In this document: positions 1 to 12,500 of the stretch, in pieces
Layout: each line of letters opens with the position of its first letter
Position numbering within the stretch: position 1 is the stretch's first letter
Made by a program: the position numbers and the translations under genes
The notes under the pieces: generated by a model
What the model was told of the DNA's origin: nothing
Databases searched by the model: none
The model's input: only the letters and a program-made list of their open reading frames with translations
Assembly: GCF_964355755.1 (NCBI RefSeq)
Contig: NC_092680.1
Span: 248,001-312,000, forward strand
Direction of reading: 5' to 3'
Source of the DNA: Antedon mediterranea
Lineage: Eukaryota; Animalia; Echinodermata
Length of the DNA stretch: 64,000 bases

Positions 1-229
1 GTTGTATAATCAGCTAAATGTTGATAGAGTGCCTGTCTTTGCTTTTAAAATTTTGTTTTATCTCCAACGATCTCAATTTATGCTTAATATTCGACTGTAC
101 ATTGTTTAAAATCTTGCATGTTTTCTCCTTTTCTTTTTTTAACCATTTCACATTTATTTTTTGAATTGTTGCTGAGGATTTTCAGTTTCCCAATAAAAGT
201 ACAGATTAGAAAAGTTGCAACATCTATTA

Positions 230-371
230 AGCTCTGTCTACACTATCAAACTTTATGTGACAAAAAAATGTGATGTGCCCTGTATATCACTAGCATATTT
301 GGGAATATCACTACCATTTTTGGACAAATCTCACATTTTTTTCAAACTAGTTTGATAGTGTAGACAGAACT
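230..371. mobile_element. MITE family A (PIF/Harbinger-like)
   Basis: TIR AGCTCTGTCTACACTATCAAACT, T/A-rich target; 4 copies in the window. Confidence 0.7.
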
Positions 372-483
372 TACATTTTTTATCAATGTTGCAATGTATT
401 GTTTATTTCAGCATACAGCCAAGTATGACTTATTGTCATGTTTTTTATCTAGCTCAACTAATTGTATACAATGTTTTCTTTAG

Positions 484-545
484 ATTAATGTGAATAATAG
501 TTCACCGGATGTTAAAGCCTTCCACAGGACAAGTTTCATTGCATC
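484..545 (+). CDS. ARHGEF18: RhoGEF exon (INVNNSSPDVKAFHRTSFIAS)
   Basis: tttag|...|gtatgt, open frame, phase 2 fits next exon. Confidence 0.6.
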
Positions 546-3500
546 GTATGTATACCATTATCTATATATAAATTTACGTAAGGGCAAAATTCGGTAAATC
601 GCGCCTTACTTCTAGAATGTTTACTCGATGGTATATAAAGTTGGTTCGTGCTTTCAATACTGATTTTAACCACCTGATGTAACCCTGTTTACTAATTAAA
701 TGGAGTTCGATAATTAGTTATTGACGATTAAAACGAATTTAGGTTCAACGATTTGCCCCAAATAGGGGTGTTTTCCGATCGTGGTATACACTGTCCAATG
801 CATGTCTATCTTGAAAAATACCCGCATACAATAATACGAGGATGCTTCGCATTTTCCTATCTCCTCCTACGATAATTGTTTTTAATGGATGAAAACCGGT
901 TGAACAGCTCGAGTACAGCATCATAATGTTGAAGACAGACCTATTTTCTTAAAAACATACTATTTTGATAGATTTAATATACATTTATACAAATGTATTG
1001 ATTTCCGATGAATGGAACATTCCAATAATAACTCTTTGCTTTAACACAAGTACCACCAGCTGTAGGTAAATTTATTGGCCCTTGGGGAATTAACCTAAAA
1101 CCTATATATAGATATAGTATTGCAATAAATACGTATTAACATTTGTGGTCGCCATTTAATTTACTGTGAGTGTGGGTACTGTTAGATGTATAACACAATC
1201 ATGTACAAATAAACGTATTACTGTGAGTGTAGGCCCTACTGTTATATAGAACGTACAATATACAAATAAACTGTAGTACTGACAGTTGCTTCTCAACGTT
1301 TGTATTAATTAATAATTACAAAGAATATAAACGTTGTAGTGGTACGTGTATCGTTACATGTACTACCGTATTCTATTTCAATCGACTATGACAGTGACAG
1401 TTTTAACAATAAAGTATTAAGTCGCAAATGTGTTACTGTATCAAGTGGTATATTATTTATAGGCCTGTGAGTAGGCCCTACTGTTATACAAAACGTACAA
1501 TATACAAATAAACTGTACTACTGACAGTTGCTTCTCAATGTTTGTATTAATTAATAATTACAAAGAATATAAACGTTGTAGTGGTACGTGTATCGTTACA
1601 TGTACATGCTATTTCAATGGACTATAACAGTGACAGTTTTAACAAAGTATTAAATCGCAAATGTGTTACTGTATCAAGTGGTATATTATTTATAGGCCTA
1701 TCAAACATGAAAAACATATTTCGTTACTGAGTAGATAAAGAATATATTAAAACAGTGTTCTTCTTTGTACCCATATCCTCTTCCCCATCCCTCAACCCTA
1801 ATGTTACACACAAAACACAAATTGGGTTTGTTTAAATGAGTCCAAATAACAAATTTGGACTAATTTTGGAAGTAATTCCCAGTGTGCTAATTTCAGTTTA
1901 ATACATAAATCATCGTGTCTATTTATTCGTTTCTGTAAACAATAATAACTACTGTATTATCATCCTGCGGTACGTACATTTGAAATCGCCAGTTTTGTTA
2001 CGCTGAAATTACTGTGTATTCGAGAACCATCTGTGTGCACGAACTAGATGGTACGCACGACCTAGATGGTACGCGAGCGAAGTGAGCGTACCATCTAGTT
2101 CTTGTAATTACACCAAATTTAGTTACTCAAAAATAATATAATAATAAAACAATATTTAAATTAATCCCAATAAAAACACTTAATTATCAACCACAAATTT
2201 ATGAATTTTTATTTTAATGAACCAAATTTATAACATCATGATAAATAAACATGTTAAGAGGAGAAGTTGAAAAGAGAGTTTTTACTGTAGTTAGTTCTGT
2301 TTAATTGTTCTGCTTTGTTTTTTTTTTATAGAAGAATGGAAGACACAACTGATGCTGATATGACATTGATAAATCCAAGGTAAGTTTTTATGTTAATAGA
2401 CAGTTTGGGCAACCTCCGTATTGTTCTTATCACACCTACCGTTTACTAAAAATACTAAATCAAATCCTCTCAATAGTCTGCATTTATTGTTTTCTCCCAA
2501 TGATTATTTTAGCATTCTTTTTATTGCATCTATTTATAAATGTTTTATTTGTCCTGCTGTGAGATTGCAACTAAAAATGTTTACTGAAATAAATAATAAC
2601 AAGAGCAATCAGAGAGTTGAGAGTTGTGAATTCTGCCAAGACTAAAAAAACACAGTAACGATAACCTGCGCAAACATGTGCGCATCCATGTAGTAAAAAA
2701 AAAACATCTTGTCAGAAAGACAGACAATCAAATGAATGATGGTGTTATGTCTAGGTGGAGGAAATATATGGGACAAACAAACATACAATCAATGATGAGG
2801 GTAAAACATTCTGGGTGGAGGAAATAATAGGTTCATTAACACAATCTAAACACATTGATAACAAAATCATTAAGAGTTTTTCTTTTCTAGATTAGGTTCA
2901 TATTTATTAACAAAATATTCATATAAATTATAATGATAATCTGTAGGCTTATGTAAATATACTTCCCTCTAATCTAGATTACATTGATTGATATAATTTA
3001 GTGTTTTTTTCTGTATCTTTTTACCTTAAACTCAGGCAGGTATTACATTTAATAAATAATATCAAACCTGGCCTAACCTCCTTTTGGTATATATTCCAAT
3101 CCATTATAATACTGGTGATAATACGAATATTATTATCAAGTACGTAGGATTTTAGCTGGTAATTGTCTGAATTGAATGTTTTGCTTTCACAACCTTCTAA
3201 AACACCTGAAACACAAGTACTTGCTTTAATTGCTACCATTAAATTTGAATTACTATTCAGTAGGCGGACTTTACACAGATTTCTGTATATACTAGAATTC
3301 ATTATGTGATTGTGGAAGATTGAGTTAAGGTTGCGCATTTCTGATAGATAAGAGAAAGTAGTTTGACATATAGCGACGTTTGTTTAGATTCTGCCGTTTG
3401 CATGTGAAAGATGCTGATTAATGGATCACGTTGTCTAGCATGATTTTGTAACAAGCCGGATACTGACAATTGTCTAATACAACCTGGGATATTACATACA

Positions 3501-6500
3501 AGTGCATTGACCATTTTATTCTTAAGGATCATACATACATACTGTTATATCAGTCAAAAACTTGAGCAAATATGTCTGTTTCATCATTGAGGCATCCCCT
3601 ACATGCATCTCCTCATATTTTAAGGAGAGGAACAGCGATTGTTGATAGTGATGACGATAATTATGATTTTTCTCGATACAGCTTAAATAGTACCCATTCA
3701 GCCTCTATTGAATCACTGGATGATGTACAGTATGATTATGATGAAGACATTGCTATGAAAGGCCCTGAACCAGAATCATGGAGTGCAACAATGGACAAAA
3801 AGGTATATTTAAATTTTATTAATTAGAAGTAATAACAGATGTTGTTGGCAAACTCCACACCGAGGTGCACACCATACAGATAGGCCTGGTGTGTACAATC
3901 TCTGGGGTTGGGCTAGGTGTGAATATTTTAATAAATCTATATTTACTCTCATATATAACACAATCTAATTTAAATTACCATGATATTCTGAAATTTACAA
4001 TTTAACATTGTGTTAACACATTGACTGCCAAGGCATTTTCCGTAATTTCTGTCCCAGTGCCAAGTCCCGTTTACATATTAAATTACAGTTTGAAAGTGTA
4101 ACATCTGGTCACAGACTATCATGATGTCATTCAAAATACGATGGCGGGAAAAACCGTTGAGACGTATAAATACGTCACTGGCAATGGTCCAACAATTTTA
4201 TTGACTTTGCCAGGAACGTAAATATACGTCGGGGATTTTCCGCGCTAAAATCGGTCAAACCTATCATCGAGAGATAAAAACAGTAAACCACACTGAATCA
4301 TTTCATCCTTTATTATTTTTATTTACTATTAGCGCAATTTATGACATGTTTGAGATGATTATATTGAGTGTGAGGGCGCCATCGTATCAACCATATTCAA
4401 TGCATGAGGGAATAAACACAAACAAACATATGACATTTATTTTTAGATTATCGTTTACGTACATCATTCATAAACTGCCATGCGATAATTCCTGTTCCAA
4501 TCACCACTGCCAGTGATTCTACATACAATACAAAAGTGCTACGATTTTGACGTAGTATTACGTCTTGGCAAGTAGCGACACGCAATTTTTGACGTATAAA
4601 TACGCCGTGGCAGTGAACGTGTTAAACATTGAAGTTGGAAAAAAAACCTATAAACATAGACAGACTCAATACTGTACTCACACATGTCACACACTGACCT
4701 TATCAACTATTGTTTTACTATTACATTTCATTATTTGTTCTATTTGTTATTAGTAGACAAATTTCAGTGTGCAAATGACATTTTATTTTGATTTTAATTA
4801 ATGTCAGCATGTAATATTATTATCTGACATTTTGAAGTTTTCTTGGTACATTACTTAGTATTAGCTTAGTTTCTAGTATTTAGAATGATTTCAGGCTAGC
4901 TTAGCTGTCTCCTTTTTAAGATGTAAATAAACAAAAGATAAGAACATAGACAATGTTTTATAGCCATGTACATTGGGCTAACAAAATAGAATATAGGCTA
5001 GTCAAATCTACACAAATCTACAGTGCTTACAATGGACTGTCAAGGAAAATATATTGCACAATCCAAACTGTACTATTCCCAATATGTATGTTTCTTTGTA
5101 ATATAATTATTTAACTAAATAGTGTACACATTTAATATTGGTATCTAGCTATTAATACCTGTAATTCTATTGCATTTGCATTCAAACAAATATTTTTCAA
5201 TTATTGCATGAGGATTTTTGTTTTTTTATGGGTTTTGACTTATTTTGTGACATGTTATAAGTGGTTATGTAAGACAACAATTTAAGCCTTTAGGATACTT
5301 GTTTTTCATATATTTTTATGAATTGTTTAAAGTATACCTGAATATATATTTTTAACATTTTAATATTTCTTTCTTCTTGCAGTCTCTTAAGAAAATGAAC
5401 ACAAGGGATATTAAAAGACAGGACCACATATTTGGTAAAGATAACATTTTTCAAAACTGTTACTAATTAATTAGCAAACAGATTATTTATTGGTTTGGAA
5501 CCTAGAGTTTTTTTAATACATTCTTAGAATTCAGCAATTCTGATTCTCTACGACTAACTGGCAACATTAGCATAATGTTGTAAAAAAGTTGGTGTTAAAT
5601 TTACTAAATAATATAATATTAACTAGCATTGATTGACATCACATTTATATTGAATCATGTTCTATGATAATAAGGAGATGTGAAATATGCACTATGTAAA
5701 TAAATAAATAAATGAATAAGAGACAGTGCATCTTTAAAGAGCTCAAGACAACCTGTTTTGTTTGTATATTAATTTAATCTACATAAATACATGTAACAAG
5801 TATTTTAACATAAAAGTGATTGATCTTTAATTAGAATCTTCAATATAAAATAGATTAAAACCTTTCAAGAGATTAAAAACAAATGACTTAGAAACCTGCA
5901 GAAGTATCCTCGGGGACAATCGTATTATTCAGTTCCTTTTTAGTTGCCACTGATTTACCAAAACTGATTTGTTTATTCAATCTACCACAAAAGAATAGTA
6001 CAATGATTTACAATGTGTTCCCAAATCACACTTGCAAATTTGTTGAGATTATAGTTATATGTAGACACCAACGCATTGCCTGCTTGTATCCCATTATTAC
6101 TAGAGTTAGAGAAGAAGTTTATTTGTACATAATAATATTAATATAAATTTATATAGTGCACATACCACTCAAGAGTGCTTAATGCGCGTTAAAAAAAGAA
6201 TAAAAACTTGTGTTTTACTCAACTTTTAATATTAATAGTCTCTAATGTGCGATCAAGTTTTTTTCTTCATAAATTATTTGTTTCAAATTTTTTCAGAGCT
6301 TATTCAAACGGAAAAACATCATTTAAGAACGTTAAAGATAATGCAGAAGGTAAGAATGTTTATTTTAGTGTGGGCAAGTTTGATAACATTCATGTTAGGA
6401 TGATTGATTTTGTACATGTACAGTATGTTTATTTAATTATTGCATGTTAGATACTACTGTCGTATACATTAGTGCAAATGTAATTTAAAACGAGATCAAA

Positions 6501-9500
6501 CTCATATTCCTTAGATTTATAAAGATTTAAATTTATGTTAAATTCTTAAATTCAGTCATAAGTGTTAGAATTCAAACTGATGTCTTTTCTAAATAAGTTT
6601 TCCTTTTCCTAATGCAAAATTGGTAATGTCACACAAAAATGATCCATGGTGGTATTATATTTAGTATAAAAAACAATGGATTTTCAGTAGTTGAATGGAA
6701 GAATATTTTCAAGTTTCCAGTTTTAATGTACTGTGTTGATTTTGCTAATTTTTTAATATCATTCTTTTCAGATCTTTAGTTATGGGATGCAACATGAGGT
6801 CCACATGGAGCGTGAAGCCATCAATAAAATCTTCCCAAGTTTGAATGAGCTTGTAGAGATAGCATCATCTTTTCACAGTCGACTAAAGGAGAGACAGTCT
6901 GATTCAAATGTAGTAGATTGTATAGGAGATGTCCTTGTCAATCAGGTACATTTATTAATTAATAAATATATATTTTCTTTAAGAACTTGAAAAATAAAGT
7001 TATGAGCCATTTTGTAGTTTTAATAAAGACTTTCACTTACGCCAGAAAATAAATGAATGAAATGAAAATAATGATTTTATTTATAAAAAAGACAAAATAA
7101 AAAATTGAAGCTGGGGACAATTTATTATATAGTAAATCAATCCAGCAAAAAGAATAGTTGAGCCCTCACTACTTTATTATGCTATTTATAGAGAGTTTAA
7201 TAAATGATGCTCTAATATGTTTCAAATGTATTATTAATTTTTTTTTTTTGGCAATTTTGTTTACATAATTAGTAAATAAACATAATTATTCCAATGACTG
7301 TTTAAATATATTGACATTTTTTTTTTTTTAGTTTGATGGTGAATCTGGTGAGAAGATGGTACAGGCATATTCTTACTTTTGCAGTCGACAAAAAGAGGCT
7401 GTAAAAACTTACAAGGACTTACTTAAAACAGATCGGAAATTTCAAATATTTATAAAAGTAAGACCTGTGTGAATCATGTTTTAACATAAGATTTATATTG
7501 TTTACATAAACATACTTTTAATGCCATGATTGGATACTAGACTCAAAGTTTAATTAGAATCGTGATTCATGTTGAATCATGCCTAGGAGTTAGTTTTGTG
7601 TTGTGCTACTGCTAAAGACCACTAATTCATGTTGAATCAATCATGCCTAGGAGTTAGTTTTGTGTTGTGCTACTGCTAAAGACCACTAATTCATGTTGAA
7701 TCATGCCTAGGAGTTAGTTTTGTGTTGTGCTACTGCTAAAGACCACTAATTCATGTTGAATCATGCCTAGGAGTTAGTTTTGTGTTGTGCTACTGCTAAA
7801 GACCACTAATTCATGTTGAATCATGCCTAGGAGTTAGTTTTGTTTTGTGCTACTCCTAAAGACCACTAATTCATGTTGAATCATGCCTAGGAGTTAGTTT
7901 TGTGTTGTGCTACTGCTAAAGACCACTAATTCATGTTGAATCATGCCTAGGAGTTAGTTTTGTGTTGTGCTACTCCTAAAGACCACTAATTCATGTTGAA
8001 TCATGCCTAGGAGTTAGTTTTGTGTTGTGCTACTGCTAAAGACCACTAATTCATGTTGAATCATGCCTAGGAGTTAGTTTTGTGTTGTGCTACTGCTAAA
8101 GACCACTAATTCATGTTGAATCAATCATGCCTAGGAGTTAGTTTTGTGTTGTGCTACTGCTAAAGACCACTAATTCATGTTGAATCATGCCTAGGAGTTA
8201 GTTTTGTGTTGTGCTACTCCTAAAGACCACTAATTCATGTTGAATCATGCCTAGGAGTTAGTTTTGTGTTGTGCTACTGCTAAAGACCACTAATTCATGT
8301 TGAATCATGCCTAGGAGTTAGTTTTGTGTTGTGCTACTGCTAAAGACCACTAATTCATGTTGAATCATGCCTAGGAGTTAGTTTTGTGTTGTGCTACTCC
8401 TAAAGACCACTAATTCATGTTGAATCATGCCTAGGAGTTAGTTTTGTGTTGTGCTACTGCTAAAGACCACTAATTCATGTTGAATCATGCCTAGGAGTTA
8501 GTTTTGTGTTGTGCTACTGCTAAAGACCACTAATTCATGTTGAATCATGCCTAGGAGTTAGTTTTGTGTTGTGCTACTGCTAAAGACCACTAATTCATGT
8601 TGAATCATGCCTAGGAGTTAGTTTTGTGTTGTGCTACTCCTAAAGACCACTAATTCATGTTGAATCATGCCTAGGAGTTAGTTTTGTGTTGTGCTACTGC
8701 TAAAGACCACTAATTCATGTTGAATCATGCCTAGGAGTTAGTTTTGTGTTGTGCTACTGCTAAAGACCACTAATTCATGTTGAATCATGCCTAGGAGTTA
8801 GTTTTGTGTTGTGCTACTCCTAAAGACCACTAATTCATGTTGAATCATGCCTAGGAGTTAGTTTTGTGTTGTGCTACTCCTAAAGACCACTAATTCATGT
8901 TGAATCATGCCTAGGAGTTAGTTTTGTGTTGTGCTACTGCTAAAGACCACTAATTCATGTTGAATCATGCCTAGGAGTTAGTTTTGTGTTGTGCTACTGC
9001 TAAAGACCACTAATTCATGTTGAATCATGCCTAGGAGTTAGTTTTGTGTTGTGCTACTGCTAAAGACCACTAATTCATGTTGAATCATGCCTAGGAGTTA
9101 GTTTTGTGTTGTGCTACTGCTAAAGACCACTAATTCATGTTGAATCAATCATGCCTAGGAGTTAGTTTTGTGTTGTGCTACTGCTAAAGACCACTAATTC
9201 ATGTTGAATCATGCCTAGGAGTTAGTTTTGTGTTGTGCTACTCCTAAAGACCACTAATTCATGTTGAATCATGCCTAGGAGTTAGTTTTGTGTTGTGCTA
9301 CTCCTAAAGACCACTAATTCATGTTGAATCATGCCTAGGAGTTAGTTTTGTGTTGTGCTACTCCTAAAGACCACTAATTCATGTTGAATCATGCCTAGGA
9401 GTTAGTTTTGTGTTGTGCTACTGCTAAAGACCACTAATTCATGTTGAATCATGCCTAGGAGTTAGTTTTGTGTTGTGCTACTGCTAAAGACCACTAATTC

Positions 9501-12500
9501 ATGTTGAATCAATCATGCCTAGGAGTTAGTTTTGTGTTGTGCTACTCCTAAAGACCACTAATTCATGTTGAATCATGCCTCGGAGTTAGTTTTGTGTTGT
9601 GCTACTGCTAAAGACCACTAATTCATGTTGAATCATGCCTAGGAGTTAGTTTTGTGTTGTGCTACTGCTAAAGACCACTAATTCATGTTGAATCATGCCT
9701 AGGAGTTAGTTTTGTGTTGTGCTACTGCTAAAGACCACTAATTCATGTTGAATCATGCCTAGGAGTTAGTTTTGTGTTGTGCTACTCCTAAAGACCACTA
9801 ATTCATGTTGAATCATGCCTAGGAGTTAGTTTTGTGTTGTGCTACTGCTAAAGACCACTAATTCATGTTGAATCATGCCTAGGAGTTAGTTTTGTGTTGT
9901 GCTACTCCTAAAGACCACTAATTCATGTTGAATCATGCCTAGGAGTTAGTTTTGTGTTGTGCTACTGCTAAAGACCACTAATTCATGTTGAATCATGCCT
10001 AGGAGTTAGTTTTGTGTTGTGCTACTGCTAAAGACCACTAATTCATGTTGAATCATGCCTAGGAGTTAGTTTTGTGTTGTGCTACTGCTAAAGACCACTA
10101 ATTCATGTTGAATCATGCCTAGGAGTTAGTTTTGTGTTGTGCTACTGCTAAAGACCACTAATTCATGTTGAATCATGCCTAGGAGTTAGTTTTGTGTTGT
10201 GCTACTGCTAAAGACCACTAATTCATGTTGAATCATGCCTAGGAGTTAGTTTTGTGTTGTGCTACTGCTAAAGACCACTAATTCATGTTGAATCATGCCT
10301 AGGAGTTAGTTTTGTGTTGTGCTACTGCTAAAGATCACTAATTCATGTTGAATCATGCCTAGGAGTTAGTTTTGTGTTGTGCTACTCCTAAAGACCACTA
10401 ATTCATGTTGAATCATGCCTAGGAGTTAGTTTTGTGTTGTGCTACTGCTAAAGACCACTAATTCATGTTGAATCATGCCTAGGAGTTAGTTTTGTGTTGT
10501 GCTACTGCTAAAGACCACTAATTCATGTTGAATCATGCCTAGGAGTTAGTTTTGTGTTGTGCTACTGCTAAAGACCACTAATTCATGTTGAATCATGCCT
10601 AGGAGTTAGTTTTGTGTTGTGCTACTGCTAAAGACCACTAATTCATGTTGAATCATGCCTAGGAGTTAGTTTTGTGTTGTGCTACTGCTAAAGACCACTA
10701 ATTCATGTTGAATCATGCCTAGGAGTTAGTTTTGTGTTGTGCTACTGCTAAAGACCACTAATTCATGTTGAATCATGCCTAGGAGTTAGTTTTGTGTTGT
10801 GCTACTGCTAAAGACCACTAATTCATGTTGAATCATGCCTAGGAGTTAGTTTTGTGTTGTGCTACTGCTAAAGACCACTAATTCATGTTGAATCATGCCT
10901 AGGAGTTAGTTTTGTGTTGTGCTACTGCTAAAGACCACTAATTCATGTTGAATCATGCCTAGGAGTTAGTTTTGTGTTGTGCTACTGCTAAAGACCACTA
11001 ATTCATGTTGAATCAATCATGCCTAGGAGTTAGTTTTGTGTTGTGCTACTGCTAAAGACCACTAATTCATGTTGAATCATGCCTAGGAGTTAGTTTTGTG
11101 TTGTGCTACTCCTAAAGACCACTAATTCATGTTGAATCATGCCTAGGAGTTAGTTTTGTGTTGTGCTACTGCTAAAGACCACTAATTCATGTTGAATCAT
11201 GCCTAGCAGTTAGTTTTGTGTTGTGCTACTGCTAAAGACCACTAATTCATGTTGAATCATGCCTAGGAGTTAGTTTTGTGTTGTGCTACTCCTAAAGACC
11301 ACTAATTCATGTTGAATCATGCCTAGGAGTTAGTTTTGTGTTGTGCTACTGCTAAAGACCACTAATTCATGTTGAATCATGCCTAGGAGTTAGTTTTGTG
11401 TTGTGCTACTGCTAAAGACCACTAATTCATGTTGAATCATGCCTAGCAGTTAGTTTTGTGTTGTGCTACTGCTAAAGACCACTAATTCATGTTGAATCAT
11501 GCCTAGGAGTTAGTTTTGTGTTGTGCTACTGCTAAAGACCACTAATTCATGTTGAATCATGCCTAGCAGTTAGTTTTGTGTTGTGTTACTGCTAAAGACC
11601 ACTAATTCATGTTGAATCAATCATGCCTAGGAGTTAGTTTTGTGTTGTGCTACTGCTAAAGACCACTAATTCATGTTGAATCATGCCTAGGAGTTAGTTT
11701 TGTGTTGTGCTACTCCTAAAGACCACTAATTCATGTTGAATCATGCCTAGGAGTTAGTTTTGTGTTGTGCTACTGCTAAAGACCACTAATTCATGTTGAA
11801 TCATGCCTAGGAGTTAGTTTTGTGTTGTGCTACTGCTAAAGACCACTAATTCATGTTGAATCATGCCTAGGAGTTAGTTTTGTGTTGTGCTACTGCTAAA
11901 GACCACTAATTCATGTTGAATCATGCCTAGGAGTTAGTTTTGTGTTGTGCTACTGCTAAAGACCACTAATTCATGTTGAATCATGCCTAGCAGTTAGTTT
12001 TGTGTTGTGCTACTGCTAAAGACCACTAATTCATGTTGAATCATGCCTAGGAGTTAGTTTTGTGTTGTGCTACTCCTAAAGACCACTAATTCATGTTGAA
12101 TCAATCATGCCTAGGAGTTAGTTTTGTGTTGTGCTACTGCTAAAGACCACTAATTCATGTTGAATCATGCCTAGGAGTTAGTTTTGTGTTGTGCTACTGC
12201 TAAAGACCACTAATTCATGTTGAATCATGCCTAGGAGTTAGTTTTGTGTTGTGCTACTGCTAAAGACCACTAATTCATGTTGAATCATGCCTAGGAGTTA
12301 GTTTTGTGTTGTGCTACTGCTAAAGACCACTAATTCATGTTGAATCATGCCTAGGAGTTAGTTTTGTGTTGTGCTACTGCTAAAGACCACTAATTCATGT
12401 TGAATCAATCATGCCTAGGAGTTAGTTTTGTGTTGTGCTACTGCTAAAGACCACTAATTCATGTTGAATCATGCCTAGGAGTTAGTTTTGTGTTGTGCTA

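Noticed and set aside
412-422. 11-nt RhoGEF microexon (ttcag|CATACAGCCAA|gtatga)
   Set aside because: It would leave a 61-nt intron and the upstream phase cannot be checked in this window
3021-3532. Two - strand ORFs (105 and 76 aa) in a RhoGEF intron
   Set aside because: No recognisable motifs or splice structure; lengths compatible with chance
3857-3921. Short GC-richer hairpin (CACACC...GGTGTG) as a miRNA or ncRNA
   Set aside because: The stem is short and interrupted; more likely a transposon remnant
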